The notes: generated by a model not told the origin, from the letters alone. A stretch of DNA of 58,930 nucleotides from Chromera velia (GCA_018398765.1 JAHBMJ010000036.1:1-58930); one strand, 5' to 3'; counted from the first letter of the stretch, positions 1-11,480 are shown. Numbers and translations: made by a program.

Positions 1-370
1 CTGGTTGCACCGCAAGGTACGAGGCTGACCCGCGACGCACACAAGCATACATAAGCCAGACGTTAGGTATGAACCAGGGTGGTTCATAACAGTTTTAGGT
101 AAGCAATTTATTGCTAATGTGCTCCTAGTTTTACAATCTGTTTGCAATATGACTTGAATGTTCACAGACTGCCCTTTGCCATTGGAACACAATGGCTGGC
201 GGATTAAATCACCTCATCAGTTAATTATTTGTCTATATTCATTAAGTATCAAAGATCTGGCCCCCCCATATAATGAAATATAATGATTAATAATGATTAT
301 GGTCCGAGAATGTGGGGGGACTACAAAAAACACCAGTTTTCAAAATATTTTGAAATTATTTGAAATTAAA

Positions 371-581
371 GGGGACACACAAAAAAAAATTATAAGACGG
401 TGTCTTAAAACCCCCTCCCTTCTCCTGAAGCCTTCAAAAAGCCCCACTTATAAAGCGGCGGTGCGTATGTGGTACGGCAGCGCATGGGTCATAATTGGCG
501 CCGCACAACATCTCAACCCCCCCCCCCTCTCAAGAAATCCCTATAAGACACCGTCTTATAAGAAATATTTTGTATGTCCCC
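371..581. repeat. Short inverted-repeat (MITE-like) element
   Basis: Arms at 371-407 and 544-581 are inverted. They include a perfect 18-bp pair, TTATAAGACGGTGTCTTA (390-407) / TAAGACACCGTCTTATAA (544-561), and the ends read GGGGAC...GTCCCC. No clear TSD. Confidence 0.5.
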
Positions 582-781
582 GAAACAGACTGAGTCAAAA
601 AGTTTCACATGGAATGGATTGATCCTAATCGATCGACTAAAAAGAATGACATGCATACAATGCAACTATAAAAAAAGATTTAATATCATTATCATTAAAA
701 AAAAACCATAAAAACTAGTATCAATTAAAAAAAAAAGAAAAACATGATGCAAAAAAAAAATCCATTATCATCCAGTATCGA

Positions 782-1194
782 TGTTAGGCCTCAGAGACGA
801 GCAGCCGGGGTGGCGCTCTGGGCCAAAGGGACGCGAGGAGTGCGGTCCCAGAGGACCAAAGTGATTGACGCACGCCGCACACGCGAGTCATGCAACACTT
901 TCCAAACAACACTTGATTGCGTTGCACGGAATTGAACAAACAGACTGTCTTGCAATAAATGAAAAGAAGTCATAGAGAAATGATGATACAGAGTCTCCTT
1001 TGGTATTGGACATGCGCAATACAGAGCGTCCGAATTAAATCTAAATAAACGTGGTTGAAAGATCCAGAACACCATGTGTCACAGTCTCTATGCAATGTCC
1101 AAACAAACTGGAAGAACGACCCGAACCAAGGATGCATAGACTTTGCACGTAAGTTGATAGTCGGCATGCTGCCGTCACGCTAGCCATACCAACA
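782..1194 (+). repeat. 5' LTR
   Basis: Direct repeat of 7089-7501. Begins TG, ends CA; about 13 substitutions and no indels by manual alignment (~97% identity). Confidence 0.97.
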
Positions 1195-1198
1195 AAAG

Positions 1199-1210
1199 TG
1201 GTAGCAGAGC
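1199..1210 (+). promoter_or_regulatory. Primer-binding site complementary to the 3' end of initiator tRNA-Met
   Basis: TGGTAGCAGAGC lies 4 nt after the 5' LTR and matches the canonical tRNA-iMet PBS pattern. Confidence 0.85.
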
Positions 1211-1359
1211 ACGTTCTTTTTTACGGCCTCTGTTTCTCTTTCGTTGCAGCCATCTCTGGGACCACACGATCGGGAAGGGCTTACCTCAACCCTTCCTTGC
1301 CAGCCAACCAGGCAGTCAATCAGTGGTTCCAGGAGCTCTTCGAGGAAGACGAAGAGGAG

Positions 1360-2541
1360 ATGGCAGACGACCAGCAGCTGCAGCAGCAAATTGCCAACCT
1401 GCAGCAGCAGCTGGCACAGCCGCAGGCAGATCTGGCACAGGCACAGGCAGACCTTCAGACGGCACAACAGGAAGCCCAGCAACAGGCCCAGCAACAAGCC
1501 CAACAGCAACAAGCCCAACTACAAGCCCAACAACAAGCCCAACAGCCCGTCCAGCAACAGCAGCAGCAAAATCCCGACGATGTCGACCTCTTTAAACTCA
1601 AGTCTCTTGACATTCGCACAATTATGAAGGAATTTGACCCAGACAAAGACTGTCTGGTCGAGTGGTGGGAGATGTTTGAGGCAAAGGCTTCGAAGGCAAA
1701 CCTGACAGACGCAGAGTGGTGGATGCTCGTGGAGAAGCATCTCATCAAGCCCATCACGCGGGAGTGGTTGGCCCAGGAGAGCAAGAAACGCTTAACCTTC
1801 CAACAACTCAAGGATGCCTTCTTGCTTCGGTGGACCCCAACAGAGACCGAAAAGAACCAGGCAGTGTACGAGCTTTCTATGCTCAAACTGACCCCTGGTG
1901 ATGACTTCAAAACGCACAAAGAGGCATTCGAGAAACTCATGCGAATCTCTCAACCTGGACATCCGCACCAAACCCGAGTCATGCCCTTCCTGGGCACCCT
2001 GTACCCGTCTCTCTCCTTGGATTTGACCAGGGAGCCCACTGTGTACAACGACTACCACCAGCTCGTCGCTCGAGTTTGTTTTCTGCACTCACAGCAGAAG
2101 GGTAAGGCACAAGTCGCAGCTACAGACGCGAATCGAAATCCGAAGGGCAAGCAGAAGCAGGAGCAGCCAAAGAGTGACCGATTCGACAAACTGGAGGCCC
2201 AAATTGCCGCACTCACCTAATCTCTCGCACAGGCCGCCCTGACTCAGTATGGGCAGGCAGGCAGCAACTTTCGGGGTGGGTTCAATCGGGGTCGAGGGGG
2301 CTGGGCAGGGGGGGGCAGAGGAGGATTTGGAGGAGGCCGAGGGCAACCAGCGCCCTCGAACTTTCCTTCCTATCCGTCCCATCCCTCAACCGGGTTCTTC
2401 TCTGAAACCCTCCTCCCAGGGAGCAATACTCTCGGGCATCCAAACTATATCGGCTGCCGGAATTGTGGGTCTAAGGCCCACCGTGTCAAGCAGTGCCCTC
2501 TTCCTCCAAAGCCGGGAAATAGGGGGGGAGGTCGGGTCTAG
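1360..2541 (+). pseudogene. gag: Gag polyprotein with Gln-rich N-terminus, RGG-rich region and CCHC zinc knuckle; one internal TAA
   Basis: ATG at 1360 and internal TAA at 2218-2220. The same frame continues through RGGFNRGRGG and CRNCGSKAHRVKQC (CX2CX4HX4C) to TAG at 2539-2541. Confidence 0.88.
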
Positions 2542-2559
2542 AGGCGGGCCTGATCTCCC
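2514..2559 (+). promoter_or_regulatory. -1 programmed ribosomal frameshift signal at the gag/pol junction
   Basis: Heptamer G GGA AAT (2514-2520) in the gag frame, then a 5-nt spacer and a 13-bp stem (2526-2538 with 2547-2559, including GU pairs). pol lies in the -1 frame relative to gag. Confidence 0.75.
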
Positions 2560-5500
2560 ATCATGCGGTCTATAGAGACTTGCCTCCTCTCGTTCCCGCC
2601 GTGTGTGCAAGAGAGGAGGACCCCATATGCATGTCTGCCGGTCACCCTCATAGGGAGGAGGAGAGTCGCCCTACTGTCTCGGCGCAAGTTACGTCTGTTG
2701 AGGTGAAACCACGTCCGTGGGTGAGTGTTTTGCTTTTTGGAAAGCCCGCGTCTGCATTGCTTGATTCAGGTTCCCAAGTTACTTTCGTTGATGTGGGGTA
2801 CCTCGCTGCGGCCGATGTGGAAATGAAATCCCCGAGTATGGGGTTGGTTACTTTGGGCAATAATTCAGTGCCGTATGTTGGGGAGACAATTGCTGAGATT
2901 GCACATCCCTCAGATCCCGGGAAAACGTTTGAGTACCCGGTGTTGGTGGCTGAGGGTTCTGGGTATGACATTGTGTTGGGCATGGATTTCTTGAGGTGGC
3001 ATCCAGAGGTGAGGTATGCATTTGAAAAAGACAGGTTGCAGGTGGGAGACCTGCCAGAGTTCGGTGTGTGGTATGATGATGGGGTGGAGCCAACAAAGGT
3101 GTGTGCGGTAAAGAAAACAAGGGTTCCTACGTGGTATCGCAGTCTCCTGCAGGTGCGAATCGATGCACCAGATGGAGCAGATGTCCTCATCCGAAAAGGG
3201 TTTCCCCGTTTCCTTCCGGGTCTTGCGGTGCCTGCACAGCTGGCGACTGTCCGTGCAGATGTGGCTGTGATCAAGGTTACGAACGTCTCCTGTTCAAAAT
3301 TGACGGTGGGACCAAAAGTGACCTTGACACACGCTGAGCCCTCAACCCACATAGCTGCAGTCAGTGCCGTTTCGGCGTCTCTCACTCAGTCCAAGCCGGT
3401 CCCTTTCCCTTTGTCTCCTCCCTATCCTCAGCCTTCTGCTCAGGTGGGAGGTGCCCGTGCATCCGTCCCTCCTGACCTAGGGGGAAAGTCAACGTCCAAA
3501 GAGGGAGTGAAGGGAGGGAGGGAGCAAACGGACCTGCCTCCTGTCGATTTGAGTGCCGTGTCAGAGGAGTGGAAACCGCAGTATTTGGAGTTGTTAAAGG
3601 AATTTTCGGATATTTGGAGTAGAGAGAGATTCGATGTGGGAACGTTGACGCTTCAGGGGAAGCCCTATTACGCAAAAATTCTAACAAACACAGACACACC
3701 GGTCCGATGGAGCCAGGACCGCGTGCCCTATCACCGCAGAGACGAAGTCAAGAAGGAGCTTGACGCAATACAGGAAGGGGGAATCATCAAGCCTTCACAG
3801 TTACCGTGGGCAGCACCTGTTGTCCTTGTGAAGAAGCCTGATGGGTCCATCCGCTTTTGCCTTGACTTCAGACGTCTGAATGAAGTCACCAAGCGGGACC
3901 TTTTCCCCCTCCCTCGCATTCAGGAGACCCTCGACCGTTTGGCCGGTTTCTCTGTGTTTTCCGCCTTGGATTACATATCCGGCTATCATCAGATCCTTCT
4001 GGACCCAGATGATGCAGAGAAGACCGCATTCATCACCCCCTTCGGACTCTTTGAGTTCGTTAGAATGCCGTTTGGTCTTGTGAATGCCCCTGCGATCTTT
4101 CAGCAGGCAATGTCGATAGTCCTTGCAGCCCTCCCGAGAGACATAGCGCTCGTCTACGTTGACGACGTGATTGTTTTCTCTTGAGGGCATCAGCAGCATC
4201 TGCAGGACTTGAGGGAGGTTTTCCTTCTCGTTCGAATTGCAGGTCTCAAGTTGCGGTTGGAGAAGGCACAAATTGGAAAGGTGGAGGTTGAGTATCTTGG
4301 GCATACCGTCTCTGCTCGAGGTGTGCGTCCAAGTAAGAAAAACACCGAGAAGGTCAAGAATTGGCCGACCCCAACTGACCGTGCACGTCTGCGCACGTTT
4401 GTCTTCCTGTGCAATTATTACCGCTCTTTTGTCTCTGGGTTCGCACGGATAGCTCACGCTCTCAATGAGCTTCTCCGGCCTTTTGACGAGAAGGGATAGC
4501 TGCGCCCCTTTGTCTGGACAGCAGAAGCCGATGCAGCCTTCCAAGAGCTGCGTCGTCGTCTCACTGAGCCCCCCGTTCTGTGCTTTCCCAACATGCACAC
4601 TCCCTTCATTGTGAAGCCCGACGCATGTGATGTGTCGATTGGGGGAGTGCTCGTGCAAATCAAAGACGGGAAAGAGTGGGTGGTTGCGTATGCGAGCAGA
4701 AGGCTGCAGGGTGCTGAGTTGAATTATGGAATGCCAGAGAAAGAGGCGTTAGCTAGGTTGTTTTGTTGCAGACAGTGGAGGCATTATTTGCTTGGCAGCT
4801 CCGTCTTTCTCCGTGTGATTCAGACAGATCACAAGCCGAATCTGGCTATGGAGAAGAATAAGCTTGCCAACAAGCGGGTAGAGAAATGGGCATTAGAGTT
4901 GCAGGAGTATGGGCTGCAGTTTTCGTACAAAGAGGGAAAGAGCCATACGGATGCAGATGCGGTGTCGAGGATGCCCATGCCGGCTGAACACTCAGTCGAC
5001 ACAGGGGCCCCGTAACGGTTCTGTCGACACTGCTCTCATTCGGTCGACGGAAGCAGCGCGGAGAGGCCGAGCTTTGAGGCCGCGATTGCTGGGGCGACAG
5101 GGAATGCCCTCCCCATGCAAGCGGCTCTCTCCTTTCTTGAAAAAGTCCATTCCTCTGTTCCCTCTGACCCTGCTGTGCGAAACGTGTATGAGTATCTGAA
5201 AACGGGCACTCTGCCCACCGAAGGAAATCGAATGAAAACAGTGATGGCGCAGGAGAGTCTCTTTGAATTGCGGGATGGGTTGCTGTACCGTTATGTGAGA
5301 GAGACGGAACAGCTGTATGTGCCCGCACACCTGAGAGAGACTGTCATGGTGATGCACCATGACCATCCGATGGGAGGCCACATTGCAGGCAGACGTTTGG
5401 CAGAGAGGTTATTAAGAGAATTCTGGTGGCCAGGTCTTCGGAAAGATGTGGGGGAATGAGTAGAGAAGTGTCGTCCGTGCCAAGAGAGGAGAGCAGCAGC

Positions 5501-6845
5501 ACCGCAGAGAACCCCTCATACGCTCCTCGTCCCGACCCGCCCTTTTCAGGTGGTTGGGATCGATGTGAAGGGACCTCTCCCGCTGACAAAACGAGGGAAC
5601 CGATTCGTTCTCGTGGTGACGTATGCACTCACCTAATGGCCCGAGACATTTGCCCTCCCCGAAGTGCCTGGATGGATGATGGCGAAAATTCTCTTCAAGG
5701 AGATCATTTGCCGCTACGGGTTCATCGAGGTGTTGGTGTCCGATCGTGGCACGAACTTCCTCAGTGAAATCGTAAGGGAGCTCCTTGCTCTCATGCGTTC
5801 CCGACACCACACCACCACCAGATACCATCCACAGACGAACGGGATCCCAGAACGCTTCAACCGTTCCTGGGCAGAAGGGGTAAGGAAGCAGTTAGATGAT
5901 GAGAAGGGGGATTGGGATCTGTACCTTCAGCCCTTCAATGCTGCCTACCGCACGGCCCCCCATTCCGAAACAGGGCTGTCTCCATTTAAGCTTCTCTTCG
6001 CACACATACCGCAGTCTGTGCTGAGAGTTCAACCAATCGCAGAAGGAGCCAGAGCACCCCCTGTCTGCTATAATGAGTACTATGGATTCATTCGGCAGAA
6101 GCGAGTGAAAAAGATTGACAGAGCGGTCAACCGAGCAGAGAGGGAGCGACAGGCAAGAGAGAGACGAAATCCCCCGCGCATGACTCGAAGGTTTCAAGTG
6201 GGAGATCGCGTTCTCCTCCGTCGTCCTGTCCCTCAGCTCGGCTTCCCTGCTTTCGGTACGAAGGCAGATGGACCTTTTGTCGTGGTCGGCACACCATGCA
6301 ACTGACCGCATGTCGCTGTGATTCGACCGATTGGAGGAAAGAAAAGGGAAGTTGTGAGTGAGGACCGATTGCAGTTGTGGGAAGAAGGAAAGAAGGATGG
6401 AGATGGACATGAAGGGGGAGGGGAAGAGATCCCCACAAGTCCGCGAGCAGCGTCTCGTGAGAGAGAGGATGATGGAGAGGCAGAGGAAGACTCTGCAGAA
6501 GACAAAGGAGAGAGAGAAGAGAAGCCTATCCCCCGCTTGGGCGGTCGCCTCGCCACATTCAGGATAGGGGATAATCCTGAGATGGATGAGCTTTTCGACG
6601 AGCTCGGACTGGGAGATGAGTTGGAGGTTCGTCCAGAGGAAAGGCAGAGAGAGAGGGGAAGACGGAAAGCGCCTCAGCCAGTATGGATTCTGGCTGGACG
6701 GCCCTCAGAGGAAGGAGAGGAGGAGTATCGAGTCTCCTTCGATGATGGGACTTTTGCATGGATGAAGGAGAGTGAGGTGGATACACCAGAGTTGGTCGGT
6801 GCATATGAAAGAGCGAAAGAAAAATTTTTCTGGCAGGTCCAATGA
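2523..6845 (+). pseudogene. pol: Pol polyprotein: aspartic protease, reverse transcriptase, RNase H, integrase, chromodomain
   Basis: Motifs: PR LLDSGS; RT PWAAPVVLVKK, RFCLDFRRLN, MPFGL, YVDD; RH DACDVSIGGVL, TDH; IN HDHPMGGH..CRPC, GIDVKGP, SDRGTNF, YHPQTNGIPERFN, GPF. All are in one frame, interrupted only by stops at 4182, 4497, 5013, 5457, 5634 and 6303. Confidence 0.95.
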
Positions 6846-7073
6846 ATGTCTCACAGTGATTGCTGTCTTTGTCTTTCTGAGTGGTTGAGTGAGGCAAACC
6901 CTCTTTCCCTTCTTGCTCGAATGTGTGAAAGGATGGACGTATCCGAAGCCTCTGTGAATGAAAGGAAACGACCTCGTCGGGGTACGGGCAGCCCCCAGGA
7001 GTTCGAGTGGTATGTGACATGTTGACGTGTCTCTGCTTTGTCCTTTGCATGATCTGCTCGGGACGAGCAGACT

Positions 7074-7087
7074 GGAGGGGGGGGTGG
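7074..7087 (+). promoter_or_regulatory. Polypurine tract
   Basis: GGAGGGGGGGGTGG immediately precedes the 3' LTR. Confidence 0.85.
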
Positions 7088-7088
7088 T

Positions 7089-7501
7089 TGTTAGGCCTCA
7101 GAGACGAGCGGCCGGGGTGGCGCTCTGGACCAAAGGGACGCGAGGAGTGTGGTCCCGGAGGACCAAAGTGATTGACGCATGCCGCATACGCGAGTCATGC
7201 AACACTTTCCAAACAACACTTGATTGCGTTGCACGGAATTGAACAAACACACTGTCTTGCAATAAATGAAAAGAAGTCATAGAGAAATGATGATACAGAG
7301 TCTCTTTTGGTATTGGACATGCGCAATACAGAGCGTCCGAATTAAATCTAAATAAACGTGGTTGAAAGATCCAGAGCACCATGTATCACAGTCTCTATGC
7401 AATGTCCAAACAAACTGGAAGAACGACCCAAACCAAGGATGCACAGACTTTGCACGTAAGTTGATAGTCGGTATGCTGCCGTCACGCTAGCCATACCAAC
7501 A
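7089..7501 (+). repeat. 3' LTR
   Basis: Copy of 782-1194, followed by the TSD ATCGA. Confidence 0.97.
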
Positions 7502-8020
7502 ATCGACATGCCCTTTTCTTTCTCATGGTGACCCGGTTTTATGTAAGCATCTAGCTAGATGGATTAGCTACATCTAGCTAGATATCCAGCTGTACCGCAC
7601 TTTCACGCTCTTGCATTCTCGCGCTCCCTCCCGGCCGACCGGGTCGGACCGAAGCATCACGAGCCGGATTATTTTTGGTGTCTGCATGCGTTTTCTGGGG
7701 GGGGGATTTTTTTGGGGGGGGGGCCGGGAAACAAATTTTGTGTAGGGGAATGTATAGGGGATACATGGGGGATACATGGGGATACGTATGTATACGCAAT
7801 ATACGTACGCATGAATTGTCCTACATGATCCTACGCACTCGATCAATCTCGATCATGCATCGTGAAGTATGGTGAAGTTCACAAAGTGCTGGTGAGTCGA
7901 TCAGTGCGTGTCTAATTCTCCTCGATTCTTCTTCGTCTGCCCTCAGAATTCACTCACTCCCTTACGTCTCTTCAACTCTCAAACACCTTGAAAACTCCGA
8001 ACAACACCATCAGAGACGAG

Positions 8021-8713
8021 ATGTTGTTTGGGCGACTGTGCATTCTCGCAGCTCTGGTTGACGTCGTGTCGGCAGCTGCCGACGCCGGCGACCTCTTCAA
8101 AGATCTCTCAAAGCTTGGGGACAAGTTCAACCTTGACTTCTCGAAACTCTTTGACAAGGAAGAGAAGGCACCCTCTGTTGGAAAGAAGGGCGAGAAAAGC
8201 GAGTTCTGTTCCGACTTTAACGTGGCTTCCTGCCCTGAGGGAGACATTCTGTCCCCTTACGCACTCTACATCCCCTGTGGGAAAGAGTGCACGGCCGAGA
8301 AGTGCTGCAAACCCACTTGTGCCAGCTACTTCGAGGAGAACGGCTCCTGCCAGTTGATTTACAACACAACAGCGACGGAGGTTGGGGTTGACCTTGACAC
8401 CACGGGCCAGGATGAGAACACTTTCGTCTCGGTGCCCATGCCAGAGACTGTTGTATGTCCTGCCGGGGGTTGCATTTTTGGTACGTGCTGCAGGGCGACA
8501 TGTACCACGTGGGAAAATGAAGACTTTTACGGAGCTGGTACGGCTTTTTCTTTTGACGGGAGTGAAACCGAATGCCTCGGTACCGACGGGCGGAAGTGCA
8601 ACCCTGAATTCATCACGTGCGCAAATCCTCCCGTGCTTCCGGTCGACACGACCCTGGTGACTCCGTGCACGGCTGACGAATGCTGCTGTAATGGTCAGGT
8701 GGGGCCCTCGTGA
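8021..8713 (+). CDS. Secreted cysteine-rich protein (~230 aa), single exon, function unknown
   Basis: ATG at 8021 gives a signal-peptide-like MLFGRLCILAALVDVVSAAA. Repeated C-x3/4-C-x4-CC motifs: CGKECTAEKCCKPTC, CPAGGCIFGTCCRATC, CTADECCC. Composition is coding-like. Confidence 0.8.
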   Translation: MLFGRLCILAALVDVVSAAADAGDLFKDLSKLGDKFNLDFSKLFDKEEKAPSVGKKGEKSEFCSDFNVASCPEGDILSPYALYIPCGKECTAEKCCKPTCASYFEENGSCQLIYNTTATEVGVDLDTTGQDENTFVSVPMPETVVCPAGGCIFGTCCRATCTTWENEDFYGAGTAFSFDGSETECLGTDGRKCNPEFITCANPPVLPVDTTLVTPCTADECCCNGQVGPS

Positions 8714-9498
8714 GTCTGAGTCTCCCTCCCAAAGGCTCTGCTCGCCAGGCGCCGGCCTCGCATAGAGGCTTGTCGACCGATGATGAGAAATTCGCTTTTG
8801 TTTTTTACTTTCTTTTCTTTGAATGGATAAGATCTACTCGTTTTGCTTTTCAAATCCACTTGTTTTCCAGCTGCAACACACAAAGAGACATCTAACCACC
8901 TCTCTGCACCCACTCCACTCCTCACACGCATGCAAATAAAAAGGATGAGGGGGGCGGTGTGAGAAAAGGAAAGAGGGTGGGTACCAGGACGGAGGGAAGA
9001 AGGGAGGAAAGAGCGGAAGTGCAGGTCGTGCAGGGCCTCAGGGAGAAGCGAAGATCAATTAAGGCATGCGAGGAGGGAAGGGAGGAGGGAATCTGTATGT
9101 ATCTGTATGGACATGGCGGGTGCGATGCACATAGAGCCAACAAGTCACAAACAAAGGAGAGAGACACGGAAATACTCTCCAACGCTCCGCCCCCCTGCAC
9201 CCACACCTCCAGATTGTTGACCTCCTTGCGCAAAATGACTCGGAAGAGTAGAACCGTACACTGGACTGTACAAGAAATGGAGGGTAGAACAAATTGACTT
9301 TATTCTCTAAAATGAAGCCAAATCTACCGTCGCATCCTTGTTGTTCGAGCGCTCCCCCATCTTTTCCCGGCCCTTCTACTTAACAGTGCCAAACATTCAT
9401 GCCCTTTTGCCAGACACATCTTAATTCGAACGGGATTAAATGGGATCGACCAGCTGAATCATGAGCAATTAATGATTAGCATTAATTGTTGAAATCTA

Positions 9499-10440
9499 CG
9501 CATCCCGGCAGTGACTTATGCGATAATGGACCCTATTTGGGGCTCTCAGATAGTAAAAAAATTAAAAACACTTTGTATAGTAAAATTAAGCCTATATATA
9601 GCATGGTTATGACTTTTTGAACACTTTTAAAGGTTTTTTACGTGTTCTAGCTTATTTAGAAGATTATATATTTGCCTTAAAAAAGCTTTAAAAAGGCTTC
9701 TTAACTATAGGTGCAATATAGACGGGGGCAGGTCCCCTGGAGCGCAGGGGAAGCTCCTTAGATTGCCAGTGCCTGAGACTGATGATGATGATGATTGAGG
9801 GTTAAATCCTAGATTTAGCAACGCCAAATCCCAAGCTACTAACAAGGCTTTGAGGACAACCCAGACTACGATACAGACAACAAAGACAATGCACTGGCAC
9901 AGTTTATGTCTCTTGGCATTACGGGGTTATTGGCAACAGACAATGTGCTTAACAGAGCACTGCATGGTAGACAGAGAGATCTGAGGGGGTGAGTGGGGGT
10001 ACCGGGTGGGGCGGCGGGCGGCGGCGGGGCCTCAGCATCAGTGCAGGGGCTGAGCGTGCAATTCCAAAGGCTCACTAGATCTAGGCATACAATTCTGTGC
10101 ACTAAATGTTTGATAGATGCTGGCGTTTTTATGGAAACACCCCTAGCTAGCCTACATTTTTATCTCATGATGATTGGTACCTCCATGATGCGTACGGATG
10201 CGTATGTTGCCCCCATAGTTGTGAGGCCTTTTTAAAGCTTTTTAAGGCAAATATATAATCTTCTAAATAAGCTAGAACACGTAAAAAACCTTTAAAAATA
10301 TTAAGAAAGTCATACTAGTAACTATGCTATATATAGGCTTAATTTTGCTATACAAAGTGTTTTTAATTTTTTTACCATCTAAGAGCCCCTTACATAGGCG
10401 AAATAGGGTCTATTATCACATAGGTCACTGCCGGGATACG
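9499..10440. mobile_element. Non-autonomous DNA transposon with long (~220-bp) TIRs and TA target-site duplication
   Basis: 9499-~9720 is the imperfect reverse complement of ~10203-10440 (ends CGCATCCCGGCAGTGAC / GTCACTGCCGGGATACG). Flanked by TA at 9497-9498 and 10441-10442. No transposase ORF. Confidence 0.85.
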
Positions 10441-11031
10441 TATACAGTGATTGCATATTGTTAGTCAACTGAACTCAACAATAATCCATATATGGACCAT
10501 AATATGGCAAGAGTTTGGGTTCCAACCATACAAGTTTAATAATAGAGCAAAAACTATAAAAAAAAAGTAAGAAGCCGTAGTAGATATAGTATAACAAACG
10601 TCACTTTTAACGTCACTGACGAATTAAATGTACTGTTAATAATCTGTTTATAAATCTGATTGTTACTATTATTTGTTATACTACACTGTTATATTAATAT
10701 TGAATCAAAAGAGAAATCATCTTTAATGATCATCATCATCATCATGCATCAAAAATATTAATTGTTCTGTATTGTTATATAATTATGTAGTTAGAAAATG
10801 CTAAACCCCACTATTATCCTAGTTGGAGCGCTAAACTCCCGGGCGGAAATCGATCTAGGCGAAAATTGAGATAATTCTAGTGAAGTGCTTGTAAATGCTA
10901 TTGTCTTGGCAGCCCTATGAGCCTACGCAGCAACTTCCGCTTCTTCTGCATGAGCGATAAAACTTAATTGCCTTCAGCTCACTGGTTCAACTTTTGCATG
11001 AACTGACTGAAGCTCAACGCTTTGAAGGATA

Positions 11032-11439
11032 TCAATCCCCTTCGACCAGCATAACGACAGGACTTCGCGGCTGATAGAAATCACTCACAGATGCAGCGTT
11101 GACAAATGCTGTGCCCCCGTTGACAAATACTCCCGAGTCCGCGTGCTCGTGACCAAAAATGTGCGCGGCAGGCTTCACTCTCTTCATCACGGCGTTCGCC
11201 AAATCGGGGCAGCCAGCGTTGACACCAAATACGTCTCGGTCCTTCATTCCGAAGGGTGGCATGTGAGTCAGAAGGATCTGCACGTACAGGAGTGCATCTT
11301 GCAAGCAGAGAAAAATATTTACTCGCCGAATAATTCTCGGAAATGGATCTTCAACGCGAACGGCGATTTGTTTGACAGAAAACACAAGAATTCAATTGAA
11401 ATTTGAAAAAAGCTTGTCGACTCTCTCTGATGCCTCTCA

Positions 11440-11480
<41 letters not shown>

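Larger units (their letters stand above)
782..7501 (+). mobile_element. Full-length Ty3/Gypsy LTR retrotransposon (chromovirus-like), inactivated by in-frame stops
   Basis: Two 413-bp LTRs (TGTT...AACA), 5-bp TSD ATCGA at 777-781 and 7502-7506, PBS and PPT. gag is followed by pol in PR-RT-RH-IN order with a C-terminal chromodomain-like segment. Confidence 0.97.

Noticed and set aside
1198..1359. ORF-track extension of gag from a GTG at 1198
   Set aside because: It overlaps the PBS and leader; the first ATG in frame is at 1360.
1372..1570. CAG/CAA repeat tract as a CRISPR or satellite array
   Set aside because: It is an in-frame Gln/Ala-rich coding repeat of Gag with no repeat-spacer structure.
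3100..3360. Possible dUTPase between protease and RT
   Set aside because: The segment is beta-rich, but I could not find the conserved dUTPase motifs; treated as a linker domain.
4182..6305. Stop-codon reassignment or readthrough explaining the in-frame stops in pol
   Set aside because: All three stop types occur, host genes show no internal stops and end normally, and the LTR pair shows matching transition damage.
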